NCBI GenBank assembly: GCA_964016885.1
Contig: OZ024742.1
Span: 102,858,001 to 102,922,000 of the forward strand
Reading direction: 5' to 3'
Length of the DNA stretch: 64,000 nt
Source: Eledone cirrhosa
Taxonomy: Eukaryota
Shown: positions 12,604 to 24,991 of the stretch, one piece after another
Position numbering within the stretch: the first letter of the stretch is position 1
How the letters are laid out: each line of letters starts with the position of its first letter
Program-made: the position numbers and the translations under genes
The notes under the pieces: model-generated
Database searches by the model: none
Seen by the model: the letters and a program-made list of their open reading frames with translations, nothing else
Told to the model about the DNA's origin: nothing

Positions 12604-15518
12604 CAAAATTAAAGATGCCATGTCTATATATATCCCAGTCTTCACTTGATGATTAATAGGTATGTAGTTGAAGTGCTGTAGTGGACAAAAGAGTGTTCAT
12701 ATTATTTACAGATGATAATCAGTAGGAAGTTTACAAATGAAATGAAATCAGATAAACTTTTACATTTTAATAACTTTAATTAAATTGGTAATTTAAATAA
12801 AAAAACACCACCTTTGCTATCTAACATAAATAAGCTGAAATGTAAAAAAAAACTTCATTTCTAACCTTAACTTATTCATTTTATTTTATTTTATTTTTAT
12901 TTTTGTTCTATTTATTTATTTATTTCAAAGCTTATCTCTAAAAACTCATTAATTGGGTGTCTTTAATGTTTTAAATAATTTTTATTTAAAGGTTTGTCGT
13001 CACTGGTTAAAATTAAATGCTTGAAAATATCATTATCATTAGCTTTCTCTGATTCTTCTGTAGAAAATAGAGAGAGTGATTAGTGTATATTTTCCTATTA
13101 TTTGTTAGGACAAAGAATCATTAGGATATATTTTCATACTATTTGTTAAAAAATGCTATTTGTTATTTTAATGAGAGAATCTCATTATTGTTATTAATAT
13201 TTTTTAAATTTTTTTTTTTATTTTGTTATTTTCCCAGTATTGAAAACAAAAACACAAAAAAAAACAACAAATTAATAAAAAAAAAACAACAACAATACAA
13301 AATAAGGAAAAACCCTCTATAAAGCATCTTTTTAGAGATAAAATTTGTTAAGCGGTTTACAGTTTCTGATTCATTGGAGATAATGACACTCCAAATAATG
13401 GTAAAAATATAAAAAAAAATATAGAGAATAAAAAAAAAGAGATAAAAAAATCTCTTAAGGGTTTTCCAGTGGAATATTTCATTACAGCAGAAGATGTTTT
13501 TCCTGATGGTGCATCTTTCCCATATTCAAATATATCAGCTCTAATGCATTCTTGGCATAGCTAAATTGTACTTTCAAAGAGTTTTTAGCTGAGAAATTCT
13601 ATAGTTCATGTTTGTTTATTGTAGAACTTTGAATTAATAGAGACACAAAACTGTATTGTGTAAATGACAGGTTGACTAGAAAAATCTGTTGTTCCCTTGT
13701 TCTCCTGTCACTAATAGTGCTTGGCAGGAAATATGGTTCGTTGCATCCTCTGCTTATTTTTATCTTCATTATTTCTTTTTCTTATTATTCACTTTGTTTG
13801 TTTTATATATACGTATATATATATATTTTATTTGAAATTAAACTGACAGCTTTGTATGAAATGTTGTTTGTAAGTGGGCTGCACAATTAGATTTTTGTAA
13901 CACATCACTTTCACAAATGTAATTCTAATGTTTGTTTTTTTCTTCTTTTGTTTTATATTATTTATTTTACTTTCCTTTCGTTTATGGATTTGTTTTATAA
14001 TAAATAAATATGTTAAAATATATGTTTGCTGCCAGGAAGGATTTTGTTTTTGGTCTTTCTGGAAATATGATTCTCTATATTTTATCTATTTCTGCTATTT
14101 GGTTTGTATTGAGGAAATATGCCTCTGTATGTCTTCATATGGACTTTTCGTTTTGAAATATACCACAGCATGTTTTGTTGTTTCACATGTCTTATATATG
14201 TTGTTTTATGCTTTGTTATAGGTTTTTCTATTTTATTATCTTCTTTTTTTTTTCAATTAAAATATTTGTTGTTTTCATTTAAAATGAAACTCAATATTTT
14301 CAGAACATTTGGTTCAAATCTATACATTTATGTATTTCATAAATTTATATATGTATATGTATCAACATCATCGTTGTCATGGCCATCATTATATTATGCC
14401 TGCTTTCCACAGTGAGATGTTTGAATGAATCATCACAGACCAAGTCAATTTTTATTTGGAGTTATGTCTCTCCTGCATGGGTTAGAGGACCTCACCTTGC
14501 TTGTATGTTCCTTTTTGACTGGGTTTCTACAAGTGAATACTTTTCCAAATGCCAACCACTTTATCATGGCACCAGCACTAGAGAGGTTGACAGGTTTTCA
14601 ACGAGACTAGAGAGTCCTCTCTATCCTATATTGTTTGTTGCTTTGCAAATCATTTTATAGAAAGAATGTACTCAGTACATTTTATAGTTGTACTAGCACT
14701 AGAGATGATGCCTTGTCCACTGCAAGATTAAAGAGTTCTCTCTACTCTAATTGTCTTTGTTCAAAGCAAATATGGTCAAGATGGTAAATAGAAGAGACAG
14801 TGATGATCTTAAAGGTGATAAAATAGAGATTATAGATATGAGTACGATGAAGGAAACAGAGTGATAGGAGCAGGGGAGTAATAGGAAAGGGAGCAATAGA
14901 AGAGAGGCTGTGATAGACAGCTATATATTGGTTTTTGGTAAGGATGTTGAATAGAAAAATAGCATGTGCAACATAGGAGAGTTAATGAAGAGTTTGATAA
15001 GTTCAATTGCTATGAGGAGAATATATATATATATATGTGTGTGTATATGAGGATATGTAACTCCTGCTGAAGTTGTAGGAGCATCATAGTAACATTTTAA
15101 ACCTGGCAGAGCCCACCCCTTCTCTAAGTCTGAACATAGCTCTTTCTTCCAGAGAAGGAGACAGAAGGTGTTAGAGTGGAAGTGAGAAAGAGATATAGAA
15201 GAAGAATCAACTGGACTGTTACTTATTTCATCAACCTTAAAAGGATGAAAGGTAAAGTTGACCTTGGGGAAATTTGAACTCAAAGCGCAGAAAGCTAGAA
15301 GGAGTACTGCAAAACATTCTATCTATGTTCTAATGATTCTGCCAATATGCTGCCTTATGAGGGTATATGCATGTGTAATTTGTTAGGAAATGATAAATAA
15401 CTAAATGCTCTTCTCTAAAAACAGTGTGTGTCTGTGTGTGCTTATGTGTTACGATTCTTAACAATACTAATAAAGGTAATGAATTTTACCTTAAGTAGCT
15501 ATATAATGTAGATACACA

Positions 15519-15862
15519 TGGAGGCACATGGCTTAGTGGTTAGAGCATTGGCCTTGCAATCGAAAGATGGTGAGTTCAATTCTCAGACTGGGTGATGTGT
15601 TGTTTCCTTGAGCAAGACACTTTATTTCACATTGCTCCAGTTTACTCAGCTGTAGAAATGAGATGATAGGGACTGGGGTCCCTATCATTCCACTGCAAAG
15701 TGGTTGTGGAGGTGCCACGGCAAAAAAGCACCCAGCACTCACTGTAAATGAGGTTGATGTTAGGAAGGGCATCCAGCTGTAGAAATCAAGCCAGAATCAG
15801 TTCCCGTCCCACCCTTGCAAGCAGGGAAAAGTGGACGTAAAATGATGATGATGATGATGATG
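15519..15862 (+). mobile_element. Young tRNA-derived SINE family A (CORE-like middle, RTE-derived tail)
   Basis: A box tggcttagtgg, B box gagttcaattc, ccttgagcaagacacttt, 3' stem-loop + (ATG)n. Confidence 0.92.
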
Positions 15863-16139
15863 CATGTGAATGTGTGTTTATATATAAACATGAATGTGTG
15901 TGCAAGAAGAATATTGAAGACCAGTGTGTTTTTAAATTGATTTAAAGGGAATGAGAAAGTTGATTGAATGAATCACAGTAGTTTATTGGTATTTTATCAC
16001 CCCAGGAAGGATGAATAGCAAAGTTAACCTTAACAGGATTTGAACTCAGAGTGTAAAGAGCTGGAACAAAAACCACAATGTCATTTTATTCAACACTACC
16101 AATTCTGACAACCCACTACCCTGATAATACAATAAAATA

Positions 16140-16652
16140 TTCTTCTTCTTCGCCCACTCATCCTGAGGGTCCTGTCAGAAGCAACCGTCTCCAACTGATC
16201 CAGCTGGATCCGCAAGTGTGATCAGCCAAGTTCATGGATGTTATCTAACTATCTTGTTCAGGGGCTACTCCTGGGTCTCCTGCCAGTTGGTTTTGCCTGT
16301 AAAATCTGTCCAGCGATTTTTTCCTGAGACAATCTAACCACATGCCCATAGTATCGGAACTGTGATACACACTTTATCGAGTAACATTACTCCAAAGACC
16401 CTTTGAAGGAACCCCGTTTTGTCCGCTTGTATTCACGAACGCAGTCTTTTGGTCATTACCCAAGATTCATGACCATAAGTAAGGGTTGGCACGAATACCG
16501 AATTGAAGATAGTGAGTTTGGCTTTTATGCCTACTTCCTTATTTCTGATTACAGAATACTGAAGCTGGCACATTTCTGCACCAGCTCCTGCAATTCTTGC
16601 ACTTAATTCAGCCTCTTGCCTTCCATCACTCATAAACATGGTCTCGAGATAC
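16140..16652 (-). mobile_element. RTE (Expander-like) LINE 3' fragment with (GAA)n tail
   Basis: KAKLTIFNSVFVPTLTYGHESWVMT; relatives at 54820-55142 and 59885-60447. Confidence 0.88.
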
Positions 16653-17258
16653 TTTTGTTACGAAATTACTTCTGGTGGATTTTGTTAATGGTGTAAAATA
16701 CTTGTTTTCTACCTGACCTAATACAGCATGTTTTAATGGATTCACTGTTTGTTAGTCACTCAATTAAACTAATAAATAGCCTGTTAACATGATGCTAAAT
16801 TCTCTTGGCAATCTATGTTTTCAGTATTTATTACCTCCTTCAACATAACTCCTCAATTAGTTGCAGATGATCCCATATGATGACCACCCCTCATGATTAG
16901 TCATCTTTTGTAATAGTTGGTCTTCCAACAGAAAATATGCAGCTTTGGTGGGGATTTATATATTTTACTTTCTTCTTTCTTTCTTTTTTTAACTTCTTTG
17001 ATATTATTATATTATTGTAGTTTGTTATTTAGCTCCAAATGAGAAGAAATACATTCTGATCCTGACCATCCTGTCTTTGCTAGGTGTATCTCGGATTACA
17101 ATATCTAATATACACTTCCCTTTTTTTTTGTATTTGTTCTCTATCTTCATTTATCCTTCTTTTTTCTCTCCCTTATATTCAACTATTATTACATTTATCT
17201 CTACAGTGGCACACAAACATACATACATAGACATACATACACACACACAAACATACAT

Positions 17259-17350
<92 letters not shown>

Positions 17351-17571
17351 TCATCATCATCTTCGTTTAACGTCTATCTTCCACACTAGCATAGGTTAGA
17401 CGGATATATATATATAAATATATATATATATACATTTACATATATCATCATCATCATCATCATCATCATCATTGTTTAATGATGATGATGATGATGATGA
17501 TATATGTAAATGTATATATATTTATATATATATATATCCGTCTAACCCATGCTAGTGTGGAAGATAGACAT

Positions 17572-17602
<31 letters not shown>

Positions 17603-17890
17603 CATTTACATGTATATGGTATCTATTGTGTATTAACCTGTTATGCATGTTTCACAGAGTATTAGCTCAAGGTCACCCATAGGAGTTAGGGACCCAACTC
17701 CACTATCAATCTGCTCTTCAGACTGGCAATATAACAAAAAGAAAAAAAATGTGTTGTACTTTGTGAGATGATGGGTGTGTATATAAGCATCAACCCTATT
17801 TTTTGTGTGTGGGCATATGTTGGTATGGCAGTGTAATTGATGGGGCAGCTATCCGCAAATGTATTCATAGATATTCATGTGCGTGTTATA

Positions 17891-17929
<39 letters not shown>

Positions 17930-17985
17930 TGTATATAATAATGTATATATATATATATGTGTGTGTGTGTGTGCATATATATACG

Positions 17986-18033
<48 letters not shown>

Positions 18034-18050
18034 CGTATATATATATGTAT

Positions 18051-18615
18051 ATCATCATCATCATCGTTTCATGTCGGTTCTTCCACGCTAGCATGTGTTA
18101 GACAGGTTGTCCTGTTGTGGGCAGTGTCTGGTCAGCTGACCTTGTCTTGCTCATACAGGACCTGATTCTGGCTTGATTTCTGTATTACTGCGTGACGCCA
18201 GAGGTCACGGTCGTGTGTCATTGTTCTTGAGAGGTGCAATTGGGTAAGGTTGACCTTTATCACCTCATCCCAGGTCTTCTTGGGTCTCCCCACTCTGCAG
18301 CTTCCATCGACTTCTAGTGCTCTGCACCTTCTTATGCAGCTGTCATCTTTCATACGCATTACATGTCCATACCAACGTAACCTCCTCTCCTGCACACAGC
18401 ATTTGATTCCTCTGATGCTCAGTCTCTCTCTCAATTCGTTTATACTTTGCCGTTCGCGCATATTACTATTACACATCCATCGGAGCATGCAGGCTTCGTT
18501 TCTTTCTAATCTATGCAAGTCTTCCACAGTCAGCGCCCAGGTTTCACTTCCATGTAACATTGCTGTTCGTATACATGCATCATACAGTTGGCTTTCCAGT
18601 CTGCTTAACACCAAC
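18051..18615 (-). mobile_element. RTE LINE 3' fragment
   Basis: ORF 18132..18617: LYDACIRTAMLHGSETW...RRLRWYGHVMRM...GRPKKTW; (GAT)n tail. Confidence 0.92.
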
Positions 18616-18659
18616 AAATTTTATCTGGTCATTCGCTGTTTTCACATCAACAAAAAATA

Positions 18660-19343
18660 ACATTGTCAACCTTCGCAACTCTTGGTAACTTGTTTTATTG
18701 TACTTTTTGATAGAAGTGAAGTAAACCATTATATATAAACTAAATCAGCTATTCTTGTTATTACATTCAACAATCATGTTAATCCATCTAACAATAATCA
18801 AATACTAATACCCTTCGTTAAATTGGTAACCTGACGTTAAAAAAAAAAAATAAATAATACGAAGTGGTATTTAAAAAAAAAAAAAAGAGGACCACGCAGC
18901 CTTTTGATCTGATCATGGCTTCTATTGCCAATATCAACAACTTTCTCTTACCAAGCTTCTCATCTATATTCTACGATATGATAAAACTTCACTTTTTCAA
19001 ATTATTCACCAAACTTCCATTCTACGGAATATTTACAGTGACTTCGCTTTTATGTTTCGATTAATTACCAAACAATTCACCACTTGCTTCGTAATCTCCA
19101 ACAACAACAGACAATACTACTAGCTTCCTAGCAAGAATCCGATCTCATAAAGAAGAGAAAACTTAACTTTTTGTAAACCTTGTAAACATTGTAAACCTTC
19201 GCAACTTTTGGTAACTGTTTTATTGTACTTTTTGATTGAAGTGATGTAAACCATTATATATAAACTAAATCTTTATTCTTGTTATTTCATCTAATAACTT
19301 TGTTACCCCATCTAACAATCTCTTACTAATACCCTTCGTTAAA
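18660..19343 (+). mobile_element. Internally deleted Gypsy-like LTR element (partial 5'LTR - PBS - gag start - partial 3'LTR)
   Basis: direct repeat 18661-18822 / 19187-19343 ending cccttcgttaaa; tggtaacctgacg follows only the first copy (resembles the Gypsy PBS TGGTGACCCCGACG); then MASIANINNFLLPSF. Confidence 0.6.
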
Positions 19344-19477
19344 TATATATATGTATGTATTTATATATATATATCATATGTATCTATATATCTAACCCTA
19401 ACCCTTATCCATGCTAGCGTGGAAGATAGACGTTAAACGACGATGATCATGATATGTATGTATATATATATGTATAT

Positions 19478-19513
<36 letters not shown>

Positions 19514-19766
19514 GTTTAACGTCTATCTTCCATGCTAGCATGGGTTTAGATATATATGTATGTACATATATGTATATATATATATGTATATATGTATATA
19601 TATATATATGTATGTATATGTATGTATGTATATGTATGTATATATATATATATGTATGTATGTATATATATGTATGTATGTATGTATATATATGTATGTA
19701 TGTGTATATATATATATATGTATGTGTATATATATGTATGTATGTGTATATATATATATGTATGTC

Positions 19767-20330
19767 GGGTCACTCTTGAGTGCTACTGGTAACATGTAAC
19801 CCAGTACAATCTGTCGCATGGTCGGGTCGTCGGCGACTAAACCGGCAACCCCACCAAATTTACTTGGTGAGGAGGGTGATTTTGGACATCCTGCAGGACA
19901 AAAACAAAACCTGACAAAGGGCGGAAGAACTCATAAGAGTCAACGACCATCCAAAAGTGTGTAAATATGTATATACACATGTACCACGCGGTTAAACCAC
20001 TGGGAGTGAAGGACCCCTAGCCTTTGTCAGGGCATTCTAGGAGAAGGCAACTCAGGAAACTGGGATAACTCCGATATAAAACCTGCGGCTCAGTAGTTAC
20101 AGATGATGTTGATCTTTTCTTCTTTACGGGTTATATCTACTGTCGCTCAGAGACTGGGATTGGCTCAGTGCACAGTCTTTCCTAACTTTAAAAAAAAAAA
20201 ATATCTCCACACACAGGCATTGCATGATAGAATTAATTAATAATTATTAATAATAGTATATATATATATACTCGATAACGAGTAATAATGGTAATAATAT
20301 ATACTTGATAACGAGGGGGCAACCATCATG
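19767..20330 (+). mobile_element. Composite non-autonomous element: structured module X + bipartite RTE-like module Y (copy 1)
   Basis: similar to 21300-21922; Y has an RTE 5'UTR-like ctaggagaaggcaact and an RTE-like 3' end ending gggcaaccatcat. Confidence 0.7.
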
Positions 20331-20366
20331 TATGTGTATATATATGTATGTATCTATATGTGTGTG

Positions 20367-20403
<37 letters not shown>

Positions 20404-20423
20404 ATATATATGTATATGTATGT

Positions 20424-20455
<32 letters not shown>

Positions 20456-20654
20456 GTGTGTATGTATATATGTGTATGTATGATATGTATATATGTATGT
20501 ATATATATATGTATGTATACATATGTATGTATATATGTGTATGTATATATGTATGTACATATATATGTATGTATATGTATGAATATATATATATGTGTAT
20601 GTATATATATGTATGTATATGTATGTATGCATATGTGTGTATGTATATGTATGT

Positions 20655-21030
20655 TCTTATGGTTTTATAATTTCACAAATTTTTTCCCAATAGAGAGAGA
20701 GTTGGTTTCTAACATAGACACAAGACTCTCTCATTGGAATTTACACATCAACTAGGTAGATATGTATGTATGCATGTGTAGATATGGATGTTATTGTATG
20801 TGTGGATGTGAATGTTTTGAGTTGTATGTGTGCATGTGTATCTGAGTTGTATGTGCGCATGTGCTTTGTATCTGTACATGTGTATATGCAGTTATTAGAT
20901 GCAAAAGTTTTGGAATGTTTTACATATTTTTACTGTTCCATTAATGGATTGTACTTGTAATTTCCTAACTAGTTGTGTTCTTTCTGTTCCTGTGAAGCCT
21001 AGCTTCTCAAGATTTGTATTGAGGCAGTTA
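20655..21030 (-). mobile_element. 3' end of R4/Dong-like (restriction-like endonuclease) non-LTR retrotransposon
   Basis: C-terminal LEKLGF...LVRKLQVQSINGTVKICKTFQNFCI* then a UTR running into a (ATAC)n microsatellite. Confidence 0.55.
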
Positions 21031-21031
21031 C

Positions 21032-21280
21032 CTTTGCTCACTATAAAAGCTTCACGGCACAGGCATTGTTTTATATCTGGAGATCTCTCTGCACTTGTCA
21101 TCACATGGTACCATGGGCCCAGCACTATGCATCAATAATTGTCACAAGTGTAGTGTTTGTACCAGAGTTTTCAAGTTGCTGGCTGGACTAAAAAGTCACA
21201 CTCGTTCAACGCATCAGTAGGGGTTCTCCTACATGGATATAAAGTAGTGGCCGTACTCGAAAACGAGTTGGCAGCCACCA
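21032..21280 (+). mobile_element. RTE (BovB-like) 3' end with C2H2 finger remnant
   Basis: CSVCTRVFK..AGLKSHTRS.H; 3' gtggccgtactcgaaaacgagttggcagccaccat; second copy 23485-23713. Confidence 0.65.
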
Positions 21281-21299
21281 TATATATATGTATGTATGT

Positions 21300-21922
21300 G
21301 TCACTCTTGAGTGCTACTGGTAACATATAACCCAGTACAACCTGTCGCATGGTGGGGTCGTCGGCGACTAAACTGGCAACCCCACCAAGTTTACTTGGTG
21401 AGGAGGGTGATTTTGGACACCCTGCTGGACAAAAAACAAAACCTGACAAAGGGCGGAAGAACTCATAAGAGTCAACGGCCATCCAAAAGTGTGTAAATAT
21501 GTATATATACATGTACAAATGTATGTATATGTATATGTGTATATACATGGGTGCATGTGTATGCATATGCGCGGAGACATAGAAATAGTCGGGCTGGACA
21601 CCCGATCGCGCGGTTAAACCACTGGGAGTGAAGGAACCCCTAGCCTTTGTTAGGGCATTCTTCTAGGAGAAGGCAACAAAGGAAACTGGGATAACTCCAA
21701 TATAAAACCTGCGGCTCAGTAGTTACTGATGATGTTGATCTTTTCTTCTTTTCGGGTTATAGCTACTGTCGCTCAGAGAGTGGGATTGGCTCAGTGCACA
21801 GTCTTTCCTCATTTAAAAAAATATCTTCACGCACAGGCATTGGACGATAGAATTAATTAATAATTATTAATAATGGTATATCGTGAAATGGCCATACTCG
21901 ATAACGAGGGGGCAGCCATCAT
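21300..21922 (+). mobile_element. Composite X+Y element (copy 2)
   Basis: collinear with 19767-20330. Confidence 0.7.
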
Positions 21923-21959
21923 GTATGTGTATATATATATATATATGAATATATATATA

Positions 21960-22298
21960 TGGCTTAGTGGTTAGAGCATTGGCCTTGCAATCAAAAGGTT
22001 GTGAGTTCAATTCTCAGACCGGGTGATGTGTTGTTTCGGTGAGCAAGACACTTTATTTCACATTGCTCCAGTTTACTCAGCTGTAGAAATGAGATGATAG
22101 GGACTGGGGTCCGTATCATTCCACTGCAAAGTGGTCGTGCAGGTGCCACGGCAAAAAAGCACTCAGCACTCACTGTAAATGAGGTTGGTGTTAGGAAGGG
22201 CATCCAGCTGTAGAAATCAAGCGAGAATCAGTTCCCGTCCCACCCTTGCAAGCAGGGAAAAAGCGGACGTAAAATGAAATGATGATGATGATGATGAT
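21960..22298 (+). mobile_element. SINE family A
   Basis: near-identical to 15519-15862; flanked by (TA)n. Confidence 0.92.
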
Positions 22299-22395
22299 AT
22301 AAATAAATATATGCATGTGTATATATATATATGTATATATATTTGTATGTGTATATATATATATTCATATATATATATGTATGTGTATATATGTA

Positions 22396-22436
<41 letters not shown>

Positions 22437-22537
22437 ATATATGTATGTGTATATATGTATGTGTATATATATGTATGTGTATATATATATATATATTTAT
22501 GTATATGTTTGTATGTATATATATATATGTATATGTA

Positions 22538-22568
<31 letters not shown>

Positions 22569-22924
22569 ATATATATGTGTGTATATATATGTATATATAT
22601 GTATGTGTATAAATATATATGTATATATGTATATATATATATGTATGTGTATATATATATATCTATATATATATCTATATGTATATGTGTATATATATAT
22701 ATATCTATATATATATCTATATGTATATATGTATATATATATATCTATATATATATCTATATGTGTATATATCTATATCTATATCTATATGTGTATATAT
22801 ATATGTATATATAGGTGTATATATAGGTGTATATATATATATATAGGTGTATATATATATATATATGAACGTGTATATATACACGTTCATATATATATAT
22901 AGGTGTATATATATATATATATGA

Positions 22925-23132
22925 ACGATCGATCGACTTTCGTCAAATCGGACCAAGGAAACAATGTCTTTCCAGTTGCTAGTACTATCTATCGGTCACA
23001 ACTCCAGGTAGAAGGAGCAGCATGAAATAAAGTGTCTTGTTCAAGGACATAACACATCGCCCGGTCCAGGAATCGAACTCAGAACCTCAAGATTGTGAAT
23101 CCAATTCTCTAACCACTCAGCCACATGCTTCA
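22925..23132 (-). mobile_element. tRNA-derived SINE family C (CORE-like)
   Basis: head tgtgaagcatgtggctgagtggttagagaattgg, ccttgaacaagacacttt; relatives 36672-36850 (+) and 44820-45050 (-). Confidence 0.75.
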
Positions 23133-23188
23133 CATATATATGTTTGTATATATATATATATATATATACGTGTGTATATATGTATATG

Positions 23189-23230
<42 letters not shown>

Positions 23231-23262
23231 TGTATATATATATATATGTATAGATATGTATG

Positions 23263-23297
<35 letters not shown>

Positions 23298-23300
<3 letters not shown>

Positions 23301-23713
23301 AGTCAATGGCCATCCAAAATCACCGGGAGAGATGAAACCTTAGCCTTTGTCAAGGCAGAATTCTAGGAGAAGGAAAACTCTGATATAACACCTGCAACTC
23401 TGATGGTATCCAATGATGTTGACTTGTTCTTCTTTTTGGTAAATATCATTTTGGTTAAGAGAGTGGGACTGGCTTTGTGCAGTGCCTTTGCTCACTATAA
23501 AAGCTTCACGGCACAGGCATTTTTTTATATCTGGAGATCTCTCTGCACTTGTCATCACATGGTATCATGGGCCCAGCACTGTGTCAATATTTGTCACAAG
23601 TGTAGTGTTTGTACCAGAGTTTTCAAGTCTCGCTGGCTGGACTAAAAAGTCACACTCGTTCAGCGCATCAGTAGGAGTTCTCCTACATGGATATAAAGTA
23701 GTGGCCGCCACCA
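23298..23713 (+). mobile_element. Composite element copy 3 (last ~22 bp of X + Y variant with zinc-finger 3' end)
   Basis: aagagtcaatggccatccaaaa fused to the ttagcctttgtcaaggcagaattctaggagaaggaaaactctga module. Confidence 0.6.
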
Positions 23714-23745
23714 TATATATATATGTATAGATATGCATAGATATG

Positions 23746-23811
<66 letters not shown>

Positions 23812-23814
<3 letters not shown>

Positions 23815-24840
23815 TGCAATAAGTAGCAGCAAGTGCCCACAGAATACTAGCTCATTCCATTGCACAGATGGTTCTATAGAAATAGTGGACACCTTCTGTT
23901 ACCTGGGTGACAAAATCAGCAGTGGGGGAGCGTGCGCTGAAAGTACAGTAGCTAGAATCAGAACGGGATGGAAAAAGTTCAGAGAGCTTATACCACTATT
24001 GGCCGCTAAAGGGTTCTCTCTAAAAATGAAAGGCAGGCTGTATGATGCCTGCATACGAACAGCAATGTTACATGGCAGTGAGACCTGGGCATTGTGGGCT
24101 GAGGATATACGCAGACTGGAGAGGAACGAAGCTTGCATGCTCCGCTGGATGTGTAATAGTAATATACGTGAACGGCAAAGCATAAACGAACTAAGGGAGA
24201 AATTAGGAATAAGAGGGATCAGATGTTGTTTACTCGAGAGAAGACTACGTTGGTACGGTCACGTGATGTGCATGAAAGACGACAGCTGTATAAAAAAGTG
24301 CAGGGCGATAAAAATAGACGGTAGCCACGGAGTAGGCAGACCCAGAAAAACCTGGGACGACTTGATAAATTCCAACCTCACACACTTACACCTCTCCAAG
24401 ACAATGTCACTGGACCAAGATCTTTGGCGCTACACAGTAATACAGAAAACCCGCCTTGCCTAAGTACAAAGTGAAACCTACAGTCAGTAGGCACCTCTAA
24501 CAAAAATACACCCCTGTCCCACTACCCCCACCCCATCCACACCACCCCTTAAATGTGAAGTTATGTTGGTACCACAGCATCCAGTCCTAAACAAATGAGG
24601 TCGTGTAGGTGTCACGACAAAAAAACACACAGTCCACGCTGTAATGTGGCCGTGTAGGTAACACGGTAAAAACCTCCCAGTCCACACTGTAAACGTGGTT
24701 GGTGTTAAGAAGGGCATCCAGCCGTAGAAAACCCGCCAGGTAGTCCTATACGAGCAAGACAACCAATCTTGCCTCAAGTGGGACAATTCCCGTCCAGACC
24801 CATGCAAGCGTGGAAGATGGACGTTAAACGATGATGATGA
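23812..24840 (+). mobile_element. Young RTE LINE, 5'-truncated (~1 kb), inserted in (TA)n
   Basis: uninterrupted ORF end (FCYLGD...RIRTGWKKFREL...GRPRKTW), 3'UTR, stem-loop, (GAT)n. Confidence 0.95.
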
Positions 24841-24866
24841 TATATATATATGTATAGATATGTATG

Positions 24867-24905
<39 letters not shown>

Positions 24906-24991
24906 GTAGGAGGTGAGTTTTATTGTAGTACAATAAAGCAATGCAGATATCGGATAAGAAGCACTCTACAGTTTGTGGGACTGGAGTATGC

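Noticed and set aside
15519-15592. tRNA gene (GCA anticodon-like loop)
   Set aside because: A/B boxes are present but the acceptor stem does not close and the sequence continues into a SINE body; SINE head
15533-15772. Recurrent 'MPFLTPTSFTVSAG...' ~79-aa ORF family (several copies)
   Set aside because: Antisense translation of SINE-A; conservation reflects recent retrotransposition, not coding
22851-22900. Perfect ~50-bp palindrome around gaacgtgtatatatacacgttc
   Set aside because: Mostly (TA)n; at most a small example of the local inversion process already reported
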